Source: Bacillota bacterium
Lineage (GTDB): Bacteria; Bacillota; Clostridia; Lachnospirales; Lachnospiraceae
Direction: 5' to 3'
DNA length: 64,000 nucleotides
NCBI GenBank assembly: GCA_023423335.1
Contig: JAFAFU010000030.1
Coordinates: 94,883-158,882, forward strand
The translations under genes and the position numbers were made by a program. Within the stretch, counting starts at the first letter, position 1. Every line of letters begins with the position of its first letter. The notes under the pieces were generated by a model. It worked only from the letters and a program-made list of their open reading frames with translations. It was not told the origin of the DNA and searched no databases. This document shows, piece after piece, positions 18,441 to 28,417 of this stretch.

Positions 18441-20951
18441 CTATTGATCCGTCAGTCTTCTGACCAAAGACACAGCAGACTGTGCGTCCTCGGAATATCC
18501 GTCCGCACCGATTTCCTCGGCATAGCTTTCCGTAATAACTGCTCCTCCGATAATAACCTTGGTTTTCAGTCCCGCTTCCCTGGCCAGGTCGATTACCCGC
18601 TTCATCTCAACCATGGTGGTTGTCATCAGGGCGGACAGGGCTATGAAATCAGCATTCTCCTCCTTGGCAATCCTGATAATGGTCTCCGTGGGTACATCCT
18701 TGCCGAGATCAATCACACGGTATCCATAGTTCTTTAACATCAAGGTAACCAGATTTTTGCCGATATCATGGATGTCTCCCGCCACGGTAGCGATCACAAT
18801 CGTTCCCTGGCTTTTGGCCTGGGCATCCCTGGATAGCAGAGGCTCCAGATAATCAATGGCAAGCTTCATGGCCTCTGCGCCTGATATCAACTGGGGGAGG
18901 AAATAGATCTGCCGGTCAAACAGCCGCCCGACCTCATTGATCGCCGGAATTAGTGTCTCTTCAATCAGCTGTTCGGGAGGTGTTCCCTGCTCCAATTCTT
19001 TTTTAACCAGCTCCACGATGTTTCCGCGGTTCCCCTTAAGAACTGCCTGGAAGACAGCCTGTCTTCCATCCGTACCAATTACCTGCCCGTTCTTTCCTGA
19101 TCCTGTACCGTGCTCACCAGAAGACCTCTGCTGAGCCTCCGAAAGCTGAGTACCCTTCGTGCCTCCGGCAGGAACCAGCTCTATCGGTCTTAAGGAAACT
19201 CTCTCAATATAGCGCTCCGCAGCTCCCTCCTTACCTAATAATAAATCAGCGGCATGGGCGGTATTCATCAAAAGATCCTGGGAAGGATTTGCGATTGCCA
19301 TGGTTAGTCCTGCCTGTATCGCAAAGGACAGAAAGGTACTGTTGATGAACTGCCGCTCCGGCAGTCCGAAGGAGATATTGGACAGACCGATGATGGTCGC
19401 AAGTCCCAACTCCTCCCTGCAGTAACGGATCGTGGCCGTCGCCTCCAATGCCGCATTTTGGTTGGCCCCGACCGTATTAACCAATCCGTCCACGATGATA
19501 TCTTCTTTGGTAAGTCCCAGCTCATATGCCCGGTCAAGCACCTTATGAATAATCCGCTTCTTCTCTTCCATATCCTTCGGCATACCCTGGTCGGACAGAG
19601 GAAGCAGGATGAACATCGCACCGTATTTTTTTGCTATCGGTATCAGCTTTTCATATTTTACAGCCTCTAACGATATGGAGTTGATTAACGCCCGGCCCGG
19701 ATAGTGCCGAAGAACTGCTTCCATTACCTCCGGATTGCTGGAATCGATGCATAAGGGAAGCTCCGTTACTCTTAACACCTCATTTACTACCTTGAGCATT
19801 GTCTCTTTCTCATCAATTCCGCCCATTCCGACATTAATATCAAGGATATCTGCCCCCTGCTCCGCCTGTTCCGCCGCCATCTGCGCGATCAGGTTGAGGC
19901 ATCCTTCCTTAAGCTCACTCTGCAGGGCTTTCTTTCCGGTAGGATTAATCCGTTCTCCCACCACCATAAATCGGCCGTCGAGGCTGATTTCCACTGTCCT
20001 TCGCTCCGTCGTCAGAGCTCGGATATGTCCCTGCTTAGGCGGTCCCGGAATAAAATCCCTAACTGCTTCCGCCATCTTTGCGATATGCTCGGGCGTCGTA
20101 CCGCAGCAGCCCCCTATGATGGCAGCCCCCTCCTTCGCCAGCATCTTCATCTCTGCCGCAAATTCCGCCGCCTCCATCGGAAATACGGTCTGCCCATTAA
20201 TCAGCCTGGGGATACCCGCATTCGGCTTCGCCATTACGGGAACATGGGCGTATTCAGTCATTTCCCTGATAATTTCATGCATCCTATCCGGACCGGTGGA
20301 GCAATTCACACCGACAGCAGCCGCACCCATGCTCTGCAATACGGTGACGGCAGTTTTCGGATCTGTTCCGTAGAAGGTCCGGCCGCCCTCCTTGAAGGTC
20401 AGCGATACCATGACCGGAAGATCACAGAGTTCCTTCGCTGCAAGCAGCGCCGCCCTGCATTCCTGCAGGCTCATCATAGTCTCAACCACAATGAGATCCA
20501 CTCCTTCCAAAAGGAGGATCTCGTACTGCTGTTTATAAACCTCAATTAATTCTTCAAATTCCAGCTTCCCGACCGGGGCTACCTGCTCGCCTGTCATCGT
20601 GAGATCTGCAGCAACATATACTTTTCTATGGTTACCGGTCTTCTCCCGGTAGCTTTGTACCGCCTCCCGACTGATACGGATCAGCTCCCGGTTGATCCGG
20701 TCAATATCCTTCTCCAGACCATATTCCTTCAGCTTGATGCGGTTTGCCGTAAAGGTAGGCGCAAAAAGGATATCCGTACCGGCTTCCAGGAATTCCCGCT
20801 GCAGTCCTATGACGGTATCTTTATTCTCCAGCATCCATTTCTCAGGATTGACCCCTACCGGCATACCCCTCTTCTGCAGATTGCTTCCGGTGGCACCGTC
20901 CAAAATGACGGTTTTCGATTGGGCCAAGGCCTGAAATTCCTGTTGTGTCAT
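18441..20951 (-). CDS. metH: Cobalamin-dependent methionine synthase (Hcy-, pterin- and B12-binding domains; no reactivation domain)
   Basis: LDGATG, GVNC, GGCCGTTP, GERINPTGKK, GLSNISFG, DIHDIGKN and SALMTTT. Confidence 0.9.
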   Translation of the reverse strand: MTQQEFQALAQSKTVILDGATGSNLQKRGMPVGVNPEKWMLENKDTVIGLQREFLEAGTDILFAPTFTANRIKLKEYGLEKDIDRINRELIRISREAVQSYREKTGNHRKVYVAADLTMTGEQVAPVGKLEFEELIEVYKQQYEILLLEGVDLIVVETMMSLQECRAALLAAKELCDLPVMVSLTFKEGGRTFYGTDPKTAVTVLQSMGAAAVGVNCSTGPDRMHEIIREMTEYAHVPVMAKPNAGIPRLINGQTVFPMEAAEFAAEMKMLAKEGAAIIGGCCGTTPEHIAKMAEAVRDFIPGPPKQGHIRALTTERRTVEISLDGRFMVVGERINPTGKKALQSELKEGCLNLIAQMAAEQAEQGADILDINVGMGGIDEKETMLKVVNEVLRVTELPLCIDSSNPEVMEAVLRHYPGRALINSISLEAVKYEKLIPIAKKYGAMFILLPLSDQGMPKDMEEKKRIIHKVLDRAYELGLTKEDIIVDGLVNTVGANQNAALEATATIRYCREELGLATIIGLSNISFGLPERQFINSTFLSFAIQAGLTMAIANPSQDLLMNTAHAADLLLGKEGAAERYIERVSLRPIELVPAGGTKGTQLSEAQQRSSGEHGTGSGKNGQVIGTDGRQAVFQAVLKGNRGNIVELVKKELEQGTPPEQLIEETLIPAINEVGRLFDRQIYFLPQLISGAEAMKLAIDYLEPLLSRDAQAKSQGTIVIATVAGDIHDIGKNLVTLMLKNYGYRVIDLGKDVPTETIIRIAKEENADFIALSALMTTTMVEMKRVIDLAREAGLKTKVIIGGAVITESYAEEIGADGYSEDAQSAVSLVRRLTDQ

Positions 20952-21577
20952 CTGGCATCCTCCATATTGAACTTGCTTGTAATATATAGCCGTTGTATAT
21001 AGAATAAGGTCGCTGCAATCGTAATGATATAATAAATATTATAAAACAGCTTCTGTCCGAAGAAGAAATCAATTACCAGCAGCATGCCCTTTCCCGTCAT
21101 GGCGATAATCCACCCTGCCAGAAGCTCATTGTTGTGCCATTTATTCTGCATGCAATTGGTAATCGATACAATTCCATGGATGATGAAGAATTCAATCCCT
21201 ATCTCCACCGCGACCAGAAGGAAATTGTAACCTGCGGACTTCAGATACAGATCCTTTGTCTGAAAATGATAAGGAAGCTGCGGTATCACAATACTAAGAT
21301 AGACCGCTGCCGGCACCAAAACCATGGCAAGCAGAAACCGGTAGTTTTTCCTGACTAAGAACACAGATCCCACAAAAATCAGAGCAAAGCCCAAAACATC
21401 CGGTATGATATCAAGGGCCGGCCTGTCTCCGATAAAATGATTGATCACCTTTCCCTGGAATTCCAGTCCCAGGTCCCTTGCCTCCAGCATCTGAGGATAT
21501 TCTTTCCCGACAGGAATTCGATAATCGAGTACCAGCAATAATATTCCGATTACTATCAATACAAAACTTTTCTTCAT
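20948..21577 (-). CDS. Hypothetical membrane protein
   Basis: Several hydrophobic segments; start MKKSFV after GGAGG; 4-nt overlap with metH. Confidence 0.7.
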   Translation of the reverse strand: MKKSFVLIVIGILLLVLDYRIPVGKEYPQMLEARDLGLEFQGKVINHFIGDRPALDIIPDVLGFALIFVGSVFLVRKNYRFLLAMVLVPAAVYLSIVIPQLPYHFQTKDLYLKSAGYNFLLVAVEIGIEFFIIHGIVSITNCMQNKWHNNELLAGWIIAMTGKGMLLVIDFFFGQKLFYNIYYIITIAATLFYIQRLYITSKFNMEDAR

Positions 21578-21738
21578 CTTAGCCTCCATCTGCCGCTTCA
21601 GCGGCATACAAATACTTTGCGAAAAATACGCAAGTGCTTTTTGAAAATGTTCTAATCTGCCTATTCTTCTGCCTATCCTGTGACAGTACCTGTTTACCCG
21701 CTGTATTTCCCCTCGTGATATTACGGTCATTGCCTGAT

Positions 21739-23538
21739 TTAAGATATCTTAATCCGGTTCATCAGACTCACCCTGTTAAACGGAAGCATAAAATAATAAC
21801 CGTCCGCAGTCTCCTCTGTCATTCGAATAATTTCATTGGCAACCTCAGCCCCCACTGCCTCTGCTTCCTCTCTGGACATATCGGGGCGATATCGATTCAC
21901 GATCTCATCCGGTACATTGATGCCCGTAAACTCGTTCTTTATAAAGCAGGCGTTCCGGTAGCTTACCAACGGCATGATGCCATACAGTATCTTCGTATCG
22001 ACAAGCCTTTTGATTTCCTCCAGCCGCCTGGCATCCTCCTTCGAAAACACTGGCTGAGTTAAGAAAAACTTCGCCCCGGCATCGATCTTTTGCTTCATCC
22101 GCTTTATTACCGTTTCCAGAGAACCCCGGTTATAATTCAGGGCCCCTCCGTAATAAACGGGCTCCTTACTGAAATGCTCCACATTCATCTCATTTATAAA
22201 TTCCATCAGCCGGATCGAGTTGTAATCAAAAACTCCGGTAGCGGATATCCGGCTTTCTCCGGGCACCGGATCACCGGTGACAATCAGGAGATTTCGAATT
22301 CCATGGATATATGCGCCTAATAATCCCGCCCGCATGGAGATCATGTTCCGGTCCCTGCAGCAGATATGGGGCATGACCTTCATACCGGTTTCCTCTGCAA
22401 TCTTAATTCCCATCAGGATAGAATCCACTCTGCTTCTGCCCAGCGGGGAATCCGCGAAGGTGATGATATCCGCCATGCCCGCTTTCAGGCTGTGAGCACA
22501 TTCCATGATTTGATCCACATTGGCATCATACGGGGGATCCAGTTCCACAGCAATTACCTTTTTCCCTCCGGTAAAAAGCTCATAAAATTCATTTCCGGTT
22601 TCCGGAAGCTTTAAGTTATCACCGGTAGTTTCTGCCCCAATCCGGGTGATATGCTCCTTATTCAAAGCGATATCCTTAACCATCCGGCTGATATACTCCG
22701 GGGTAGTACCACAGCAGCCACCGACCAGATCAAGACCCAGTCCGGCAATCTTCTTCATGTTTTCTGTAAAGTACGCCTCATTATCCATGAACACCATACG
22801 ATTCTGCATCTGTTCAGGATATCCGGCATTCGGTGCGGCATAGATATACTTCCCGGCCGGAAAAGAAATCTTCTTCAGCAGCTGCAGCATATGTCCCGAA
22901 CCCACGCCGCAGTTAAAACCACAGGCATCTATTCCCTCCAGAGCCTCCGTCTGTTCCATTAACCGGGCAGCCCGGATTCCGGCAGAGCTATAACCGCTCT
23001 TATTCAGGGAAAAGCTTGCCATGATAAATAAATCCCTGTTCTTAGTTTTTAAGTATGGTACCAGTTTGCTGATATATTTTAGGCTGTCAAAGGTTTCAAA
23101 ATGGATTCCATCCATCCCTTCCTCAAGAAAAATATCGCAAAGCTCCTTATACTCGCCCAGAATCTCTTCTTCCATCGAACCGGCGTCCTCCGGTATGGGA
23201 CCGATATCCCCCAGAATCCAGACCTTATTTTGATCCCCGGATGCTTTGTCCGCTTCGGAAACAGCCTTCCTAGCAATCCGGCAGGCCGCCTTAACCAACA
23301 GTCTCTGCTCTTTCGCATCTATATTCAGGACATGCCGGCTGGCTGCAAAGGTATTCGTCCTGATCAGCCTGGCTCCGGCTGCAATATACTCTTTATGAAT
23401 CTGTTCAACGATTTCCGGTGCAATAAGGTTTGCCCGTTCCGAGTATGCCCCCGGTTGATTCACCAGATTTGAATAATAGGTTCCCATAGACCCGTCTGCA
23501 ATGATTCTATGTTGATGTAAATATTCCTGTAGCTTCAT
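21739..23538 (-). CDS. Bifunctional homocysteine S-methyltransferase / methylenetetrahydrofolate reductase (YitJ-like)
   Basis: ADGSMGT, GFNC, GGCCGTTP, AVELDPP, PHICCRDRN, TGDP and FLTQPVF. Confidence 0.9.
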   Translation of the reverse strand: MKLQEYLHQHRIIADGSMGTYYSNLVNQPGAYSERANLIAPEIVEQIHKEYIAAGARLIRTNTFAASRHVLNIDAKEQRLLVKAACRIARKAVSEADKASGDQNKVWILGDIGPIPEDAGSMEEEILGEYKELCDIFLEEGMDGIHFETFDSLKYISKLVPYLKTKNRDLFIMASFSLNKSGYSSAGIRAARLMEQTEALEGIDACGFNCGVGSGHMLQLLKKISFPAGKYIYAAPNAGYPEQMQNRMVFMDNEAYFTENMKKIAGLGLDLVGGCCGTTPEYISRMVKDIALNKEHITRIGAETTGDNLKLPETGNEFYELFTGGKKVIAVELDPPYDANVDQIMECAHSLKAGMADIITFADSPLGRSRVDSILMGIKIAEETGMKVMPHICCRDRNMISMRAGLLGAYIHGIRNLLIVTGDPVPGESRISATGVFDYNSIRLMEFINEMNVEHFSKEPVYYGGALNYNRGSLETVIKRMKQKIDAGAKFFLTQPVFSKEDARRLEEIKRLVDTKILYGIMPLVSYRNACFIKNEFTGINVPDEIVNRYRPDMSREEAEAVGAEVANEIIRMTEETADGYYFMLPFNRVSLMNRIKIS

Positions 23539-23742
23539 GTCCCATCCTTTCAAAATATGCCTTACGCAAGCAGCGCTCCGATAGAACCCCGATCTTATAT
23601 CTATTCATTATGTATGCATATTATATAACAATCGAATTCCTACCACAAGCAAAAAAACGTAATCGGCTATATTTCCCCCTCTCCCCCATCCTGTCTCCCG
23701 GACATAATTCCGTAAATACTCACATATTCTGTAGTAAATTCA

Positions 23743-23783
23743 TTGACTAAACGATATTTAAAAATTATAATGAATTTAGTCAA
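23743..23783 (+). promoter_or_regulatory. SigA promoter with overlapping inverted repeat
   Basis: TTGACT-N17-TATAAT; TTGACTAAA/TTTAGTCAA inverted repeat. Confidence 0.7.
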
Positions 23784-23841
23784 ATATAAGCCTTGCCCTG
23801 CAGGCGGGCTACAGATGTTTGATAAAACAGGAGGATCTAAA

Positions 23842-25320
23842 ATGAACAATATTCCCGAATTGAAAATCGGAATTGTTGCTGTCAGCAGAGACTGCTTCCC
23901 GATGCAGCTGTCTGAAAGCAGAAGAAAAGCCGTAGTTAAAGCATATAAGAAATACGGCAAGCTCTATGAATGTCCCACAACCGTTGAAAATGAATTACAT
24001 ATGATGAAGGCACTGGAAGAGGTTAAGAAAGCAGGCTGTGATGCGCTGGTTGTTTATCTGGGCAATTTCGGACCTGAGACCCCGGAAACCCTGCTGGCAA
24101 AATATTTTGACGGCCCTGCCATGTATGTGGCAGCAGCAGAGGAAAGCGGCGACGATCTGATGGATGGCAGAGGGGATGCTTACTGCGGTATGCTGAATGC
24201 CAGTTATAACTTAAAGCTCAGAGGAATCAAGGCATATATTCCGGAATACCCGATCGGCGATCCGGAGGAAATCGCAGCTTTGATTGCGGAATTTGCTCCG
24301 ATTGCCAGAGCTGTTGTCGGACTGAACAATCTGAAGATTATTTCCTTCGGACCCCGTCCCCAGGACTTCCTGGCCTGCAACGCTCCGATCAAGCAATTAT
24401 ATAATGTAGGTGTGGAGATCGAAGAAAATTCTGAGCTGGATTTATATGCAGCATTTAATGCTCATGCAGGGGATCCCCGAATTCCCGAAGTGATTGCAAG
24501 CATGGAGAAGGAGCTGGGTTCCGGTAGCAAGATGCCCGGAATTCTCCCCAAGCTGGCTCAGTATGAGCTTACTCTTTTGGATTGGGCAGAAGCTCATAAG
24601 GGCTCCAGAAAATATATTTCTTTCGCAAATAAGTGCTGGCCATCCTTCCAGACCCAGTTCGGCTTCGTTCCCTGCTATGTGAACAGCCGCCTGACTGCAA
24701 TGGGTATTCCGGTTTCCTGTGAAGTAGATATCTATGGTGCCTTAAGTGAATATATCGGAACCTGTATCAGTGAGGATGCGGTTACTCTGCTTGACATCAA
24801 TAATACTGTTCCGGCAGATATGTATCAGTCCGAAATTAACGGAAAATATCATTACGGCATCAGGGATACGTTCATGGGCTTCCATTGCGGTAATACTGCT
24901 GCCTGCAAGCTTAGCTCCTTCTCCATGAAAAATCAGAAAATCATGGCAAGAGCTTTAGAGCCGGATCAGGAACCCAATATCACCAGAGGTACCTTAGAGG
25001 GTGACATTGCTCCCGGCAATATTACCTTCTTCCGTCTTCAGAGCACAGCTGATGCACAGCTGAAAGCATATGTGGCTGAAGGTGAGGTTCTTCCGGTTGC
25101 TACCCGTTCCTTTGGTGCCATCGGTGTATTTGCTATTTCTGAGATGGGCCGCTTCTACCGCCATGTTCTTATTGAGAAGAATTACCCCCATCATGGAGCT
25201 GTGGCCTTCGGACATTTCGGCAAATCCTTGTATGAGCTGTTCAAATATTTAGACGTCGAGGATATCGGTTTCAATCAGCCGAAGGGTATGCTATATAAAA
25301 CCGAAAACCCTTTCGCATAA
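23842..25320 (+). CDS. L-fucose/L-arabinose isomerase family protein
   Basis: YLGNFGPE, GRGDAYCG.LN, NKCWP, SCEVD, GFHCGN and YPHHGAV; AGGAGG RBS. Confidence 0.8.
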   Translation: MNNIPELKIGIVAVSRDCFPMQLSESRRKAVVKAYKKYGKLYECPTTVENELHMMKALEEVKKAGCDALVVYLGNFGPETPETLLAKYFDGPAMYVAAAEESGDDLMDGRGDAYCGMLNASYNLKLRGIKAYIPEYPIGDPEEIAALIAEFAPIARAVVGLNNLKIISFGPRPQDFLACNAPIKQLYNVGVEIEENSELDLYAAFNAHAGDPRIPEVIASMEKELGSGSKMPGILPKLAQYELTLLDWAEAHKGSRKYISFANKCWPSFQTQFGFVPCYVNSRLTAMGIPVSCEVDIYGALSEYIGTCISEDAVTLLDINNTVPADMYQSEINGKYHYGIRDTFMGFHCGNTAACKLSSFSMKNQKIMARALEPDQEPNITRGTLEGDIAPGNITFFRLQSTADAQLKAYVAEGEVLPVATRSFGAIGVFAISEMGRFYRHVLIEKNYPHHGAVAFGHFGKSLYELFKYLDVEDIGFNQPKGMLYKTENPFA

Positions 25321-25568
25321 CAACAGTTTGACCCCATCGGGCATCTTATCTCTCGCAGATTTATTATTGGGGGAGATTAGGTGCCTTTTCCGTCTTCAAA
25401 TATTTCATACAAATCATTTAAAATTAAGAATAAAACCCTTCTGGAATTCAAATACTTACATTACAATCTGGTATCTATATCACTGTAAATTGTAAGGTAC
25501 GATAAACTTCAGGATCAGTTGCTAAAAGGCACGACAGCAAAGCTGCCCTCCTATAATATATGTAAATG

Positions 25569-25657
25569 AGACTGTCCCGGGCGAAGTACACCCCCAAAAT
25601 TTAAGCACTTGGTAACTTGTGAGTAAATTAGGCGGTGCATTTCACCCGGGACAGTCT
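25569..25657. repeat. Long intergenic inverted repeat
   Basis: AGACTGTCCCGGG/CCCGGGACAGTCT 13-bp perfect arms, extending imperfectly to about 24 bp. Confidence 0.7.
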
Positions 25658-25843
25658 TGTGTAAGGACCGCCGCCAGTGATTTGCTTCATTTCAAACCAT
25701 TTAACGGATTTGTATCAGCATGAATAAGATTCATAACGATACATAATTCAATCTCTTCTGGATACGCTAATTTCTAGATAACAGGCTGATAAAGCTTTCC
25801 GTCTTAGGTTAACCGGCTGCTATGCAGCAGAAGGGAGGTTCAT

Positions 25844-26014
25844 ATGTCATATATAGCTCCGGCTATGAAGGAGAAATTTGAGACCCTTTCTGTGGATCTT
25901 AAGAATGCCATACTCGAAAGGGATGTCCAGATTAATACCATCCACGACCTGATTAATGTTCTGGATCAAATTGTGAAGGAAGCCGATGAAGAAGAAGCTC
26001 TGGTCAAGAAATAG
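25844..26014 (+). CDS. Small acidic hypothetical protein (56 aa), not in the ORF track
   Basis: GGGAGG RBS; MSYIAPAMKEKFETLSVDLKNAILERDVQINTIHDLINVLDQIVKEADEEEALVKK*; terminator AAAGGGCTGCTGT/ACAGCAGCCCTTT follows. Confidence 0.75.
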   Translation: MSYIAPAMKEKFETLSVDLKNAILERDVQINTIHDLINVLDQIVKEADEEEALVKK

Positions 26015-26105
26015 TTTCTTTCTCTTCACACAAATAAAGGGCTGCTGTTCTGTTATCGTACAGCAGCCCTTTGGCACTGTATCAATTCGTAATTTATTAC
26101 CGGCA

Positions 26106-28145
26106 TTAACCCTGGAAGATATAATTTTCCTTCAAAAGATTACGAAGCTCCTCCTCCGGCACCGGTTTACTGAGAAGAAATCCTTGACCGGCTTCACAGG
26201 ATATCCCTCTTAAATGATTTAATTGCTCCATTGTCTCAATTCCTTCCGCAATAACCTCAAAGCTAAGGTCATGGGCCAGAGCCATGATATTCTTAATCAG
26301 CAGAGCATCCAGCTTTTCTTCCGAAATCGCATTGATAAAGCTTCGATCCAGCTTAATAATATCAATCGGGAATTTCTTCAGGTAATTCAGGGAGGAATAG
26401 CCCGTTCCAAAATCATCCAAAGCAATTTTTATCCCCAGCTTTTTCAATCTCTTTAAGTGATCAATCACCATATCCACCTCAGAGATGCCCGCAGTCTCCG
26501 TAATCTCAATAACCAGGGCCGGGTAATTTACCTGTGCTCCTGTCAGCATCTTCTCCAACTCATTAAAATTAATCCGGCTGGTAAGTGTTTTCGTCGAAAG
26601 ATTTATGGATAATATCCTGTCCGTAAAGCCCTGTGCTTCCCATAAGGCTTTCTGTGCCAGTGCCTTTCGGAATATCAGCTTTTCAAGGCTGTATATCTGA
26701 CCGGTCTGCTCTGCCAGCGGAATGAACTCACTCGGCGGTATCATTCCCTCTTCCGGATGAAGCCAACGGACTAAAGCCTCCATACCAATAATCTCACCGG
26801 TCTCCAATTTAAACTGCGGCTGGTATACCAGAGTAAACTGCTCCTGCTCAATTGCACTTTGGAGGTTATTAATTATTTTGATATGACCGGAGTTGCTTTC
26901 ACTGATTTCATCCTGATATAGAACGTACCGGTTTTTTCCCTCTCTTTTTGCCTCATACAGAGCAATATCTGCATTTTTTAAGAGGGTTGAGGCACTGTCC
27001 CCATGCTCCGGGTAACTGACAACTCCGATACTCATGGTGATATAGAACTGGCTGTTTTCTATCTTCCATATCTTGCTGATACTGTTAATAATAGCTTCCA
27101 GCCGCGGCTGAATCGTATCAGGGGTTTCACCTTGATACAATATGGCAAATTCATCCCCGCCCAGCCGTGATATATAATCCGGTTCCTTGATGATATCCTT
27201 AATACAATCGGAGAGATATTTCAGAAAAAGATCTCCCACATGATGCCCGAGGGAATCATTAATGTTCTTAAAATTATCGATATCAATATATGCAATCATG
27301 AACCTTCCATGCTCCGGCTCCAGACGCTTATTAATCTCCAATTCGAACTTTGCCCGATTCGGGAGGCCGGTCAGCGAATCATAGAAAGCCAGATACCTGA
27401 CTTTCTCCTCATATCTCTTGCGTTCTCCTATATCCGTACCGATGGATACAAAAGTACCTTTATCCTTGCTATCCGTTGCCAGCAGCTTACTGCTCCATAG
27501 AACCTCCACAAGGCTCCCGTCCCTGGTTTGAATAGGACCTTCAAAGCTGATCAGCTGTTTTTCCTTAATGATTGCATCATAGGCCCATTGAGAGGACTCC
27601 AGATCATCTTTCCGATATAATCTGTCTATTGAAAAGCCTGCCCGTATATCTTCCTGCGTATATCCGAGGCGTTTTAACCCAAATGGATTTATACCGGTGA
27701 CCAGACCTTCATCATTCCAGGTCATGATAATCACAGGGGCTTCCATAATAATATTTTCGTTCAGGTTCTTCTGGTATACCAGCTCGGACTCCAGGCAGAC
27801 CATTTCCTCATGAACCACACGCAGCTGCCCATAGGCTTGCTCCGTTTTATGAAGTTGTTCCTGAATGCGCCTAAGTCTGCTCTTAATTAAAAAATACACA
27901 AGAATCGCTGTGATAAATATATAAAACCAGCCCTTAATGGTCTGGAATTTCATATAAGCAGCATTATTGCCCACGAAAAAGCTTAAGACTCTGTCCGACA
28001 GCACAATCCATAATATCCCGAAGACGGAGTATATCAACGCTACAGACAATGCTTCTGAATATGCATTGTTAAATATTGATTTATTTCTGCGAGTGGAAGA
28101 GCCTTCCTTACCCCAGCCTTGTTTCAATCTTTTACCGCCAATCAT
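26106..28145 (-). CDS. Membrane-anchored PAS-GGDEF-EAL c-di-GMP protein
   Basis: Two TM helices, PAS domain, DSLTGLPNR, GGDEF, EALVRW, DDFGTGYSSL and AEGIET. Confidence 0.92.
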   Translation of the reverse strand: MIGGKRLKQGWGKEGSSTRRNKSIFNNAYSEALSVALIYSVFGILWIVLSDRVLSFFVGNNAAYMKFQTIKGWFYIFITAILVYFLIKSRLRRIQEQLHKTEQAYGQLRVVHEEMVCLESELVYQKNLNENIIMEAPVIIMTWNDEGLVTGINPFGLKRLGYTQEDIRAGFSIDRLYRKDDLESSQWAYDAIIKEKQLISFEGPIQTRDGSLVEVLWSSKLLATDSKDKGTFVSIGTDIGERKRYEEKVRYLAFYDSLTGLPNRAKFELEINKRLEPEHGRFMIAYIDIDNFKNINDSLGHHVGDLFLKYLSDCIKDIIKEPDYISRLGGDEFAILYQGETPDTIQPRLEAIINSISKIWKIENSQFYITMSIGVVSYPEHGDSASTLLKNADIALYEAKREGKNRYVLYQDEISESNSGHIKIINNLQSAIEQEQFTLVYQPQFKLETGEIIGMEALVRWLHPEEGMIPPSEFIPLAEQTGQIYSLEKLIFRKALAQKALWEAQGFTDRILSINLSTKTLTSRINFNELEKMLTGAQVNYPALVIEITETAGISEVDMVIDHLKRLKKLGIKIALDDFGTGYSSLNYLKKFPIDIIKLDRSFINAISEEKLDALLIKNIMALAHDLSFEVIAEGIETMEQLNHLRGISCEAGQGFLLSKPVPEEELRNLLKENYIFQG

Positions 28146-28355
28146 TTTTTAAGCCCCCTGATCTTTAGTAAAACCAAGCCAAAAAACCATTTATTTAATG
28201 TAAATATTATACTGTATTGGAAGAGATAAGTCAATTTTGATCTTATTTTTTGGTATTTTAGGTTTTTAAGGAGATCTTTGTTTGATTTTGCTATTTTCCT
28301 ATTTCATGTCACATATTTATTTTTCCAGTAACCTCAACATATTTCATCATAATCT

Positions 28356-28387
28356 GTCATTTTATACCGGAAGCATCATACTATAAT
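28356..28387 (+). promoter_or_regulatory. Putative promoter of the Cys-rich peptide (SigE-like)
   Basis: TCATTTT-N13-CATACTAT resembles the sporulation SigE consensus; an overlapping TATAAT lacks a good -35. Confidence 0.4.
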
Positions 28388-28417
28388 TATGAAAACAGTT
28401 TCAAAGGAGCAATCGGT

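Noticed and set aside
23539..23660. SAM riboswitch or T-box before the met genes
   Set aside because: The leader is short and lacks S-box and T-box consensus motifs.
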